Part shown: one piece after another, positions 18,920-26,672 of the stretch
Numbering within the stretch: position 1 is the stretch's first letter
Layout: each line of letters opens with the position of its first letter
From: Candidatus Melainabacteria bacterium 17Bon1m
Lineage (GTDB): Bacteria > Cyanobacteriota > Vampirovibrionia > Obscuribacterales > Obscuribacteraceae
Assembly (NCBI GenBank): GCA_032128875.1
Contig: JAVLKG010000003.1
Location: forward strand, 1,016,974-1,080,973
Direction: 5' to 3'
Length of the DNA stretch: 64,000 nucleotides
Translations under genes and position numbers: made by a program
Notes under the pieces: model-generated
What the model was told of the DNA's origin: nothing
Seen by the model: the letters and a program-made list of their open reading frames with translations, nothing else
The model's database searches: none

Positions 18920-19171
18920 CTATGTTCTATTGCTATCTTGAATCGCCTGCTCTACCCACTTGTCGAGATCGGCTGCAAGCTCTGGGTATTCTTCACGACA
19001 GGCATTTGCATACGCTTGCATTCCAGCAACCGCAAACTTGTCGTGCTTTGGGTCAAGTACAAAATACTCGCAGTTTTCATGTTTTCCGGTCGGGTCTTTG
19101 AGTCTATGAACCTTTCCGTCAACTGTTATATATTTGTGATAAAGTCCACGCTCTCTGTCTGTGTCGCTCAT
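18920..19171 (-). CDS. Hypothetical phage protein
   Basis: 83 aa; GLYHKY...YFVLD..HD.FA...AYA...YPELA.DL pattern; in operon. Confidence 0.7.
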   Translation of the reverse strand: MSDTDRERGLYHKYITVDGKVHRLKDPTGKHENCEYFVLDPKHDKFAVAGMQAYANACREEYPELAADLDKWVEQAIQDSNRT

Positions 19172-19182
19172 TGTCTTTCCTC

Positions 19183-19449
19183 CTATACTTCAAAGCTTAG
19201 AATTGTTCTTTTGCCTCTGGGCTTCCATCGGTAGCCGCAAACGCAATGCGCTTCACATGTTCCGGCGGGATATAAATCAGAATTGTGTGCAAAGACAATT
19301 AGCTCGCCGCCTTTGACTTCGTAAAGTGATTCCGCAAAAATATGCTCACTTATCGATCCATTGAAGGGTTGCTTTCTACACGAAGGACACCTGAGTCTTA
19401 CAGGGAACTTCCTGTCTGTTCTGCTGTAGCTGGGTTCCCAATGCATCAC
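19183..19449 (-). CDS. Zn-ribbon-like hypothetical protein
   Basis: CPSC...CVCGYRW. Confidence 0.6.
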   Translation of the reverse strand: MMHWEPSYSRTDRKFPVRLRCPSCRKQPFNGSISEHIFAESLYEVKGGELIVFAHNSDLYPAGTCEAHCVCGYRWKPRGKRTILSFEV

Positions 19450-19471
19450 GCTTCACCTCCGATAACGTAGA

Positions 19472-19963
19472 TTATGTTTTATTGATGCCTTCCAGGGCTT
19501 CATTCGCGATGTTGAAGACTTCGCTTGCATACAGCGTTTTCTGCTTCTGACCCTTGCTGATGATTCGTCTGAGCCGGTGTTCGTAATATCGCTGATCTTC
19601 TTCTCTCCACTTCTCGCGCTCTTTGACCGCGGCTTGCAGCTCACGCACGGTGTTGACGTTGACCAATTTCCCTCGAATCGAAGTTGAAACTGGCGGATGA
19701 CCAAGCAATCGCGTGACGATCCGAACGAGACGATCATGGAATTTTAAACAGCGTTCGTCATTGCCACCAAAGTGGCGGTCATACCATTTGCTCTCGAAGA
19801 TCTGAAGCTGTGAATCCCAGATCAGGCATTCGTTATCAGCGCCGTAATACTTGCCCATCGGGTAGCGATAGGCTGATGAGATGCAGAGCTTATTCGGTCC
19901 GTCATGCTCAAAAAAACAATCGTGCCTTAACGGGCCGCTTTCAAATCGATCTTCGTCGCTCAT
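19472..19963 (-). CDS. Hypothetical phage protein
   Basis: 163 aa, ATGA-coupled within the operon. Confidence 0.6.
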   Translation of the reverse strand: MSDEDRFESGPLRHDCFFEHDGPNKLCISSAYRYPMGKYYGADNECLIWDSQLQIFESKWYDRHFGGNDERCLKFHDRLVRIVTRLLGHPPVSTSIRGKLVNVNTVRELQAAVKEREKWREEDQRYYEHRLRRIISKGQKQKTLYASEVFNIANEALEGINKT

Positions 19964-20226
19964 GCTTTCATCTCCAAAGCTTCTTCAAAGTTCTTCTGTC
20001 TTGCGTCATATGCCTGAATAGCTTTGATGCAGCAAGCGGCAAGTTGAACTAATTCGACTCGATAATTCTCTGAATCTCGATCATTGAATGCCTGACAGGC
20101 TTCGCCAAATTCTTCACCAATTACGATCAATAGGGTAGATTCGGGGTGAGCATCGTCACCCCATTTCTTGATCTGGCGCTCTCTTTCTTCGCGAACTTCC
20201 TGACAGATTTTGTCAAAGTCATTCAT
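19960..20226 (-). CDS. MazG-like nucleotide pyrophosphohydrolase
   Basis: EERERQIKKWG, GEEFGEACQA, ELVQLAAC. Confidence 0.75.
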   Translation of the reverse strand: MNDFDKICQEVREERERQIKKWGDDAHPESTLLIVIGEEFGEACQAFNDRDSENYRVELVQLAACCIKAIQAYDARQKNFEEALEMKA

Positions 20227-20462
20227 TATTCTGGCTCCACTACCTTGGCTGAACCGTCTTCCGTATCCAATTCAACGGTCAGATATTCGCCATATTCAAA
20301 CCAGTGACCAACTTTGTTTTTGAATGACGCAATGCGCGCATCTAGCAGGGCTTCGCGCTCATCCTCGTCAAGCCCTTCAATTTGGGCCAGCGATTCTTCC
20401 GCGGCTTCTTTGACTGCATCGTCAAAAGTATCCGGATCCTTCATCGTGACTCTGAATTTCAT
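20226..20462 (-). CDS. Hypothetical acidic phage protein
   Basis: 78 aa, MKFRVTMKDPD...WFEYGEY; coupled. Confidence 0.7.
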   Translation of the reverse strand: MKFRVTMKDPDTFDDAVKEAAEESLAQIEGLDEDEREALLDARIASFKNKVGHWFEYGEYLTVELDTEDGSAKVVEPE

Positions 20463-20767
20463 TCGTTCCGTTCTCCCTTTTGATCAAGTGCATCACTGAC
20501 AGGATCGAATCCTGAAAGAATTCCATTTGGAAACAATTCCTCAAGCTTGGCAATGAAATCTTGATCTTGGCTCTTGATCTCAAAACACTTGTCGCCAATC
20601 TCAACTTCAACTTCAGAATACTTGCCTAAGATGTCGGAATAGTAGGCACTCAAGCCCTGCGCCTCATCCCAATCCTCTTTGGTGGTGATGAATAGAGCGC
20701 TCAAATCACCCATGCGCCCGAAGTCTTCCCAATATTGAATCAATAGTTTCATTCCAAGGAGTGCCAT
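20459..20767 (-). CDS. Hypothetical phage protein
   Basis: 102 aa, coupled. Confidence 0.65.
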   Translation of the reverse strand: MALLGMKLLIQYWEDFGRMGDLSALFITTKEDWDEAQGLSAYYSDILGKYSEVEVEIGDKCFEIKSQDQDFIAKLEELFPNGILSGFDPVSDALDQKGERNE

Positions 20768-21061
20768 CTATTCTTCCTCCAAGGTTGCCATCACTTCTCT
20801 TTCTGACAGAATCAAATAATCGATTCCTCTAACTTTGACTTCCATTCCTGAATGTTTCGGGAACAGAACGACTTGATCGACTTTGATCAAGACAGGTTGG
20901 ATCGATCCATCTTCCATCCGTCGACCAGGACCGACCGCCAGAACCTTACCCTGCTGCGGCTTCTCTTTCCCTTGATCCGGTAGAAAAATGCCGCCTGGTG
21001 TCATTTCTAGAATGTCGGATTTCTTGATGACGATTCGATCTTGTGTTGGAATTACTTTCAA
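20768..21061 (-). CDS. groES: Co-chaperonin GroES (prophage-encoded)
   Basis: PTQDRIVIK, mobile loop TPGGIFLPD, KEKPQQGKVLAVGPG, YLILSEREV; TTG start. Confidence 0.95.
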   Translation of the reverse strand: MKVIPTQDRIVIKKSDILEMTPGGIFLPDQGKEKPQQGKVLAVGPGRRMEDGSIQPVLIKVDQVVLFPKHSGMEVKVRGIDYLILSEREVMATLEEE

Positions 21062-22406
21062 TTTTTACTGCCTCTTTGTTGAGAAACCGCGTTCTAGCTG
21101 CATCGAAACGGAGGACAGCGGTTCCAATCCGACCATTCCGATTTTTGGCGATGATGATTTCCGCATCGCCTTTATTGCTTGTGTAAGGGTTGTAATAATC
21201 ATCTCGATATATGAACATCACCACATCGCTATCTTGTTCGATGGATCCGCTTTCGCGAAGATCTGACAGCATTGGCCGTTTGTTCTGCCGCATTTCAACG
21301 GCTCGACTTAATTGGGAAAGTGCCAAGATTGGGACATTCAAAAGCATCGCCAATAACTTCAGCCCGCGAGTTATGGAGCTCACTTCCTGCGTTCTATTCG
21401 GATCACCTTTCTGATATTGGCTGCTACCTTTCATCAATTGGATGTAATCGACAATCAACATATCCAGCTTGCCAAGCCTGGCTTTGAGCCGCTTCGCTTT
21501 GGAGCTGATATCAGCAACAGTCGCTTCAGTCGCATCGCAGATATATAAATTCGAATGTCCTAATTCGGCAACCACTTCAGTAAGCAAAGTCCAATCATCA
21601 TCTTGAAGCGTTCCGCGCGCCAATGCGTCGCCTTCAATTCCGCTATCAGCGCTGATCATTCTTCGGACTAATTTCTTGGCATTCATCTCGAGACTGAACG
21701 CAAGCGCAATAAAATCACTAGCCCCCAAATGCTGTCCAATCTGGAGAGCTAAAGATGTTTTGCCCATCGCCGGTCGCGCGGCTAGAGTGACAAGATCCCC
21801 GGGCTGAAAACCATTCAAAAAATCATCGACCGCCGGGAAGCCACTGGGCAAGCCCGGAAGCTGCTTAGAATCATATTGATTCACCAGATCTTCATAGACT
21901 CCCGGAACGATTGCTGAAACCGGCCGCGGATCATCAGAAGTGTTGACTGATTCAATTTCTGATAGAACCCTTGCAGCTTCCGCAAGTAATTCAGGAACAT
22001 CTTCAGATGAGGATTCCAGCGCCTTACTGGCTGTAATTGTGCAAAACCTGACCAGTGATCGAGCAGTCGCCAACTGAATGATACGCTCTGCATAGTATTC
22101 CAAGTTTGCAGAAGTACCACAGGACAGCGCCAAATCAGTGATATACAGCCTGCCGCCGACCTTATCCAGAAGCCCCTTATCTTTCAATCGTTCACTGACA
22201 GCAACAAGATCGGCATTAATGCCCTCTTTGTTTAGATCAAGAATCACCGAATAGATTTCTTCATGACCCTTTCTATAGAAATGGCTCGGTTTCAATTTGT
22301 CATTGACGCGATATGTCGAATTGCCATCGACGATCAAACGCCCCAATACTGCCTGTTCAGCCTCTATTGATAGCGGCTGCTGTGATTCTTCAAGAAGCAA
22401 ACTCAC
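20946..22406 (-). CDS. dnaB: Replicative DNA helicase DnaB
   Basis: AEQAVLG, AARPAMGKT, FSLEM, IVDYIQLM, LSQLSR, DLRESGSIEQDSD, IAKNRNG. Confidence 0.97.
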   Translation of the reverse strand: MSLLLEESQQPLSIEAEQAVLGRLIVDGNSTYRVNDKLKPSHFYRKGHEEIYSVILDLNKEGINADLVAVSERLKDKGLLDKVGGRLYITDLALSCGTSANLEYYAERIIQLATARSLVRFCTITASKALESSSEDVPELLAEAARVLSEIESVNTSDDPRPVSAIVPGVYEDLVNQYDSKQLPGLPSGFPAVDDFLNGFQPGDLVTLAARPAMGKTSLALQIGQHLGASDFIALAFSLEMNAKKLVRRMISADSGIEGDALARGTLQDDDWTLLTEVVAELGHSNLYICDATEATVADISSKAKRLKARLGKLDMLIVDYIQLMKGSSQYQKGDPNRTQEVSSITRGLKLLAMLLNVPILALSQLSRAVEMRQNKRPMLSDLRESGSIEQDSDVVMFIYRDDYYNPYTSNKGDAEIIIAKNRNGRIGTAVLRFDAARTRFLNKEAVKIESNSNTRSNRHQEIRHSRNDTRRHFSTGSREREAAAG

Positions 22407-22822
22407 TAAGCTGGTTTCCTATGCTTGTTAACTCTTTCGAAATGATCCAAAGTCGAAACAACGACTTCATCTGAACCTAGAATGATTGGAAGACCCGAAT
22501 CTAATTGATCAATCTGCCGGCGGGCTGCCAGCCAAATTCCCTGAGCCTTAAAGACTAAGAGCGGGACTTTCCCTGACTTCATCGCGTTTTCTGTTGTCTG
22601 ATTCCACCAGTCAAGCAATGCTTTTGTTGGTCGAAACAGCCAAAGAAGTTTGGCGACTTTTCTATGCTTAACTTCCGGCTCCCAAGGGAACCAACCTGGA
22701 CAAATAATGTCTGAACCAGCCAATCCCATTGATCGACGCTCAAACCGGTCTTGCCACCACTCAACCCAACGGCTCACTATGTCACGCTCCCCCGCGTTAC
22801 CTTTCTTGCGACCGTTGACCAT
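22406..22822 (-). CDS. Holliday junction resolvase-like PD-(D/E)xK nuclease
   Basis: KKGNAGER, GSDII, EVK, WWNQ, PLLVFK. Confidence 0.8.
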   Translation of the reverse strand: MVNGRKKGNAGERDIVSRWVEWWQDRFERRSMGLAGSDIICPGWFPWEPEVKHRKVAKLLWLFRPTKALLDWWNQTTENAMKSGKVPLLVFKAQGIWLAARRQIDQLDSGLPIILGSDEVVVSTLDHFERVNKHRKPA

Positions 22823-22829
22823 TTCCTAC

Positions 22830-23186
22830 CTATTTCCTATTGAACTGATTGTTTGTTGCGTTCCAAAGATTTGCCATCCCCGAGATGAAGCCAAGCCCGC
22901 CGTTGTATGGCTCGACCCGCTTACAAGCTACCTGCAGCTTCTGGTCAAACTTTTCCCAGAGCCATTTGATTCCTGTCTTGTCACAGACCCAGCCGCTAGA
23001 TTTCTTCGTTGTTGTCGCCACCGAAGTGGTTTCATCAGCCGATTTCTTAGCGACGGATTTGATCAAGTTGTATGGCTTGCGGACAATCGCGGTCGATTTC
23101 CACAAAATTGGATGATCTTTCCAATCAAACGCCTGCGCCGGCGCTGCCACTATCAGCGATACCATGAGAGCCAGAATTAATTTCAT
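22830..23186 (-). CDS. Exported basic protein with signal peptide
   Basis: MKLILALMVSLIVAAPAQA-FDW; start reassigned to the ATG at 23186 with AAGGGA SD. Confidence 0.7.
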   Translation of the reverse strand: MKLILALMVSLIVAAPAQAFDWKDHPILWKSTAIVRKPYNLIKSVAKKSADETTSVATTTKKSSGWVCDKTGIKWLWEKFDQKLQVACKRVEPYNGGLGFISGMANLWNATNNQFNRK

Positions 23187-23403
23187 GTTCCAATCCCTTG
23201 AGAGTAAAAACAGTTCTTTGCTCAACCTGCCCGGGAGCCAGCCCAACACTTGCAAGGTCCATCACTGCCTTATCTTTGGCAATTAACGCATCTTGCTTTT
23301 CTTTGGATCTAGGATCTGCTTTCTGCCAACGCTCCAAAGCTTGAAGGTAATTGACGATCAACAGATTCTTTGGCTGCCCGAACAAGTGATCTAATTCAGA
23401 CAT
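23125..23403 (-). CDS. Hypothetical phage protein
   Basis: 92 aa, TAATG-coupled to the ERF gene. Confidence 0.5.
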   Translation of the reverse strand: MSELDHLFGQPKNLLIVNYLQALERWQKADPRSKEKQDALIAKDKAVMDLASVGLAPGQVEQRTVFTLKGLEHEINSGSHGIADSGSAGAGV

Positions 23404-24161
23404 TAGGCAAGAGTCGAAAAGATATCTAGGAATTCATCATAGATTTCCTGAGTCAATCCAATTGTGGTCGCCTTGTTATTGGCGTCCTTGCCAAATTCAA
23501 CTCCATTGAATCGGAGGCATGATTTCAGAACGTAAGCTTCCTTATGTTCAATCTCAAGGAATTTATCCGTTGGATCCATTCCAGCTTTTGACTGAAGGGG
23601 ATAAAGGATTTCCTCATGGCCTTCCTTTTTGCACAGTGCTTTCAAATCCTGCAGAAGCTTTTCATATCGCTGCTGATCTTGCGATCCGCCCGTTGTTGCT
23701 GGCTTTTGCGCTGGCGTTTTATTCTCGGGCTTCTTCGCCGGTGGCGTTTTTGCCTGCTCAATCATCGCGCCGTTTCCGTCGTCGTCCATTTCTGGAAGGA
23801 CATTCAACAGAGCGCCAACCGAGTAACGGCGAAGGTAAGTAATCCAGATACCAACCTTCTGAGGATCAGACAAATCAGGAATCTTGAATTCCGAAACAAT
23901 CTGTTCATCAGTCGGATGATGGATCAGTGTTGTTTTCAGGACTTGCGTTCCTGCTTCCAGCACTTCACCCAGTCCAAGAATTTCCAGACCTTCAGCGCTT
24001 AGCGCCGGGACTGTTGCGTTCAGAACATCATCGAGCGTCGCATACTCATTGTTATGATAAGTATTCTTCGCTGACTTCTTGATCTCTGCAAAATTTTTAC
24101 GGGCGCGCGCCAGCGCTTGTACCAGCGCGTTACCCGTCGTTTCTGATTCCTTAACTGTCAT
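23403..24161 (-). CDS. erf: ERF-family single-strand annealing protein
   Basis: IKKSAKN....YATLDDVL, DPQKVG..ITYLRRYS...L....DDDGN. Confidence 0.9.
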   Translation of the reverse strand: MTVKESETTGNALVQALARARKNFAEIKKSAKNTYHNNEYATLDDVLNATVPALSAEGLEILGLGEVLEAGTQVLKTTLIHHPTDEQIVSEFKIPDLSDPQKVGIWITYLRRYSVGALLNVLPEMDDDGNGAMIEQAKTPPAKKPENKTPAQKPATTGGSQDQQRYEKLLQDLKALCKKEGHEEILYPLQSKAGMDPTDKFLEIEHKEAYVLKSCLRFNGVEFGKDANNKATTIGLTQEIYDEFLDIFSTLA

Positions 24162-24188
24162 TCCACCACCACTTAACTAGATTTGTTC

Positions 24189-24392
24189 TTACGCTGATTG
24201 CTGACTTGGATCGTTTACTTCCATTGTCGAAACTGCCAGATGTGCCGCGCCTTGCGATTTCCTGAAGGAATCGGTATAACGTCGCAAAGCTTCACGTATC
24301 AGATCAGATCTGGTTCTGTGCTCATAATCTGCGATGAAATCGACTTCTTCAAGCATTCTGTGCGGCAATGCAATCAATACTTTCTTCGGCAT
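24189..24392 (-). CDS. Ribbon-helix-helix (CopG/NikR-like) regulator
   Basis: KVLIALP..MLEEVD..A..EHRTRSDLIREALRRY. Confidence 0.88.
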   Translation of the reverse strand: MPKKVLIALPHRMLEEVDFIADYEHRTRSDLIREALRRYTDSFRKSQGAAHLAVSTMEVNDPSQQSA

Positions 24393-24422
24393 ACTCTTGT
24401 TTAACTCCTGATTTGATTCGAA

Positions 24423-24614
24423 CTAACTAACTGACTTTCTTCGAGCGAGAACTAATCGCTCTTTTAACCTTCGGTTTAGACTTCGCTCCTGATCCAGATC
24501 TCGCTTTAGCTTTGCAATTTCCAGATTTTGTCGATGAATTTCCTTTGCCAGATCCTCTTCGCTTTGAAGCGCACGTTGAAGCCACGGCTCCCAATCGGCG
24601 GGTAGTCTTACCAT
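24423..24614 (-). CDS. Small coiled-coil protein
   Basis: 63 aa with heptad pattern; GAGAGG SD. Confidence 0.55.
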   Translation of the reverse strand: MVRLPADWEPWLQRALQSEEDLAKEIHRQNLEIAKLKRDLDQERSLNRRLKERLVLARRKSVS

Positions 24615-24924
24615 TTACTGTTGACCTCTCATGATTCAGATCCATGATCAATTTCGGTTTGCCGAATCCAACGACAATTAGCACTCCCGGATCTTTCTGA
24701 ATGATTGTTGGGGTGCCGAATACAAAGATTTTGGACTTGTGATAGGCAGTGATCTCTGTATTGTCATAGGCGTTCACCGTCGACTCATCGAGCGCCGTCA
24801 CCTTTGCATTATCCTTGGCAAAAACTTTCGTTGTTCCCTTGGCCACAATCGAGCACTTCATTGACACTCGAACAATGCCCTGTTTAAGACAGCGCTTACG
24901 GCCTCTGCAAATTACTCTTTCCAT
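24427..24924 (-). CDS. Hypothetical protein with short beta-helix-like repeats
   Basis: 8-residue repeats VFAKDNAK/VTALDEST/VNAYDNTE; GGAGGGAG SD. Confidence 0.6.
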   Translation of the reverse strand: MERVICRGRKRCLKQGIVRVSMKCSIVAKGTTKVFAKDNAKVTALDESTVNAYDNTEITAYHKSKIFVFGTPTIIQKDPGVLIVVGFGKPKLIMDLNHERSTVNGKTTRRLGAVASTCASKRRGSGKGNSSTKSGNCKAKARSGSGAKSKPKVKRAISSRSKKVS

Positions 24925-25006
24925 ACCAAACTCCCTCCGCCACCAAATACAGTGGCGAGCATAGCAACTGAAAAATTCGATTTCGATTCGAGACTTGATT
25001 AAATCG

Positions 25007-25645
25007 CTAAGCGACTTCTGTTAATGACTTCAATCGCAATGCAATTGTGTTCTTGTATTCAACCAAGTGATCTATTTCTTGCATAATCAAAGATTGAGCT
25101 TCCCCATCTTTGCGAATGCCAAACTTGTCGCATAAGCGATCAATAAACTTGCCGCATGAAGCGATAGTCGCTGCCTGTTGTTCATTCTTTACAGAAAGAA
25201 CCTTGTTGTTCTCCAACGATTGCTGAAGTGCTACTTCAAGACCTTGAGCCTTGTTTGTTGCATTCGCGAGCTCTTTCCCCAGCTTGTCTTCACTGCAAAC
25301 AATTTCGAGCAGAGCAGATCGGACCAGTTGCTTACAAAGCAATGCTTGCTCTTCTGTTGCCACCAATGGCACATCCGAGACTGTCGCGACTTCAAATCTC
25401 TTTTGCTTTACTGGCGTACCGAGAAAATATGACTCGAGCAGCTCCGCAACTTTCGAAGTCAATCCCTTGTACTTCTTTGTTTTACGTTCAAAACGTTCCG
25501 CCGCTTCCTTCCATGTCGTGCAGCCAGCAAGCATATTGAAATCAAATATGCGCACAGCACAACACATGATTGGATGCCAATTAGTCATGTTCGGGTAGCC
25601 ATTCTTTCTAAGAAAGCCAAGAAAACCATTTCTATCAAATTGCAT
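25007..25645 (-). CDS. First gene of the early operon, hypothetical with C-terminal coiled coil
   Basis: 212 aa, GGAG SD directly after the long hairpin. Confidence 0.7.
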   Translation of the reverse strand: MQFDRNGFLGFLRKNGYPNMTNWHPIMCCAVRIFDFNMLAGCTTWKEAAERFERKTKKYKGLTSKVAELLESYFLGTPVKQKRFEVATVSDVPLVATEEQALLCKQLVRSALLEIVCSEDKLGKELANATNKAQGLEVALQQSLENNKVLSVKNEQQAATIASCGKFIDRLCDKFGIRKDGEAQSLIMQEIDHLVEYKNTIALRLKSLTEVA

Positions 25646-25661
25646 AGATTCTCCACAGCAA

Positions 25662-25744
25662 AGCCAACCCTGCCAAAAGAACAGGCATGGATGAATATCG
25701 CCGAGGAATAGGCGATCACGCCTGCCCTTCAGACAAGATTGGCT
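25662..25744 (-). ncRNA. Long G-U-rich RNA hairpin in early leader (possible RNase III site/regulatory RNA)
   Basis: AGCCAATCTTGTC/GGCAGGGTTGGCT, GAAGGGCAGGCGTG/CATGCCTGTTCTTT and ATCGCC/GGCGAT; 33 bp including 7 G-U pairs on the minus strand. Confidence 0.65.
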
Positions 25745-25813
25745 ACATTCGACTTAAGACCCTTGCCACCAGATTCGGTATCAGCAAAACATTACCGAGT
25801 GATAACGCGGACA

Positions 25814-25842
25814 ATCTTACAAGGGGTTGAAAGATGTTTCAA
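25814..25842 (-). promoter_or_regulatory. Sigma70-type early promoter with palindromic operator over -35
   Basis: TTGAAA-17-TAAGAT; inverted repeat TTGAAA-N4-TTTCAA at 25827-25842. Confidence 0.65.
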
Positions 25843-25865
25843 TCACTTCACATCAAACTCGATGA

Positions 25866-26162
25866 TTACTTGCCTTTAACATCTGCTTCGTTCCACAGCT
25901 TTTCGAAGTTGCCGACCCGCTTTTCGAGTACTGGGACAGGCTGAAGAACCTGTTGACCTTCGGCATTCTGTACGACCTGCCACATATCCCCTGTATAGGA
26001 ATCAAGCAAAAAACGATCAGCCCGAGTTAATGGGCTGATCGAAAAATGAAACCGCTCTTTGTTTACGGTTGGTTGATTTTGTCGGCTATAGAACTGATAG
26101 GCGATTAATCCAATAACAACCAACATTGCTATCGATATCAATCTATCTGGATCTAGTTTCAT
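25866..26162 (-). CDS. Single-TM membrane protein (candidate superinfection exclusion)
   Basis: N-terminal TM helix; co-oriented 2 nt behind the HTH gene. Confidence 0.65.
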   Translation of the reverse strand: MKLDPDRLISIAMLVVIGLIAYQFYSRQNQPTVNKERFHFSISPLTRADRFLLDSYTGDMWQVVQNAEGQQVLQPVPVLEKRVGNFEKLWNEADVKGK

Positions 26163-26164
26163 AG

Positions 26165-26419
26165 CTAAGAAGCCATAACTAAATCAGAAAACCCCTCCAT
26201 GATTTCAACCGCCGACAGCCCAGTTAAAGCGCTGAGCTTCTTCGCGTTCGGAAGTGTCGGCACTCGCCCATCAAAAGCATATGTATCCAATGTCGAACGA
26301 GCGAGGTCGTGACCAGTTTCAAGCGCAAGCTTGGATAGGTCTGTTAACGTTTCGCACTCTGCCAATTCCAGCAGTCGCGTCATAAACGGATGCATTTCTT
26401 TGGATGATTTGCCTGCCAT
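26165..26419 (-). CDS. XRE/Cro-like HTH regulator
   Basis: TLTDLSK...LARSTLDTY..DGRVPTLPNAKKLSALTGLS pattern; strong purine-rich SD. Confidence 0.75.
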   Translation of the reverse strand: MAGKSSKEMHPFMTRLLELAECETLTDLSKLALETGHDLARSTLDTYAFDGRVPTLPNAKKLSALTGLSAVEIMEGFSDLVMAS

Positions 26420-26440
26420 GCCCTACCCTCTTCCTTGAAT

Positions 26441-26469
26441 AGAATATATCCTGTATATTGAGCTGACAA
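26441..26469 (-). promoter_or_regulatory. Sigma70-type promoter for the HTH gene
   Basis: TTGTCA-17-TATTCT; imperfect inverted repeat TGACAAC-CA-GTTGACA overlaps the -35. Confidence 0.55.
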
Positions 26470-26493
26470 CCAGTTGACACTGGATTTAAAACC

Positions 26494-26566
26494 TGGAGCG
26501 TACCGGGGTCGAACCGGTGACCTCTTCAATGCCATTGAAGCGCGCTACCAACTGCGCTAACGCCCC
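26494..26566 (-). tRNA. tRNA-Ala (GGC)
   Basis: GGGGCGT/ACGCTCC acceptor stem with G3-U70, anticodon arm CTTCA-ATGGCAT-TGAAG, T-arm ACCGG-TTCGACC-CCGGT; CCA not encoded. Confidence 0.97.
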
Positions 26567-26672
26567 GTCAGGAAGTGGTTATACCATAAACGCTTTAGGA
26601 AGGCACGCAAAGGCAAGGTGAGCCTTAACGGAATGAATTTTGCAGCAAACCAGGCGATGTATCGCTTCGCCC

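Larger units (their letters stand above)
1..26493. mobile_element. Prophage (podovirus-like, partial; left end outside window) integrated at the 3' end of tRNA-Ala
   Basis: Terminase-portal-scaffold-capsid-tail-lysin operon on +, replication/recombination operon on -; abrupt switch to housekeeping genes beyond the tRNA; no tape measure or sheath gene seen. Confidence 0.93.

Noticed and set aside
17207-24924. Long gene overlaps (sigma/MTase, 92-aa/exported protein, 165-aa/63-aa) as evidence of stop-codon recoding
   Set aside because: All are in the phase where long overlaps are normally tolerated, the host recJ/apt pair does the same, and TAA, TAG and TGA all end prophage genes
26474-26502. 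Plus-strand promoter from the perfect TTGACA next to att
   Set aside because: No -10-like hexamer at 16-18 nt spacing
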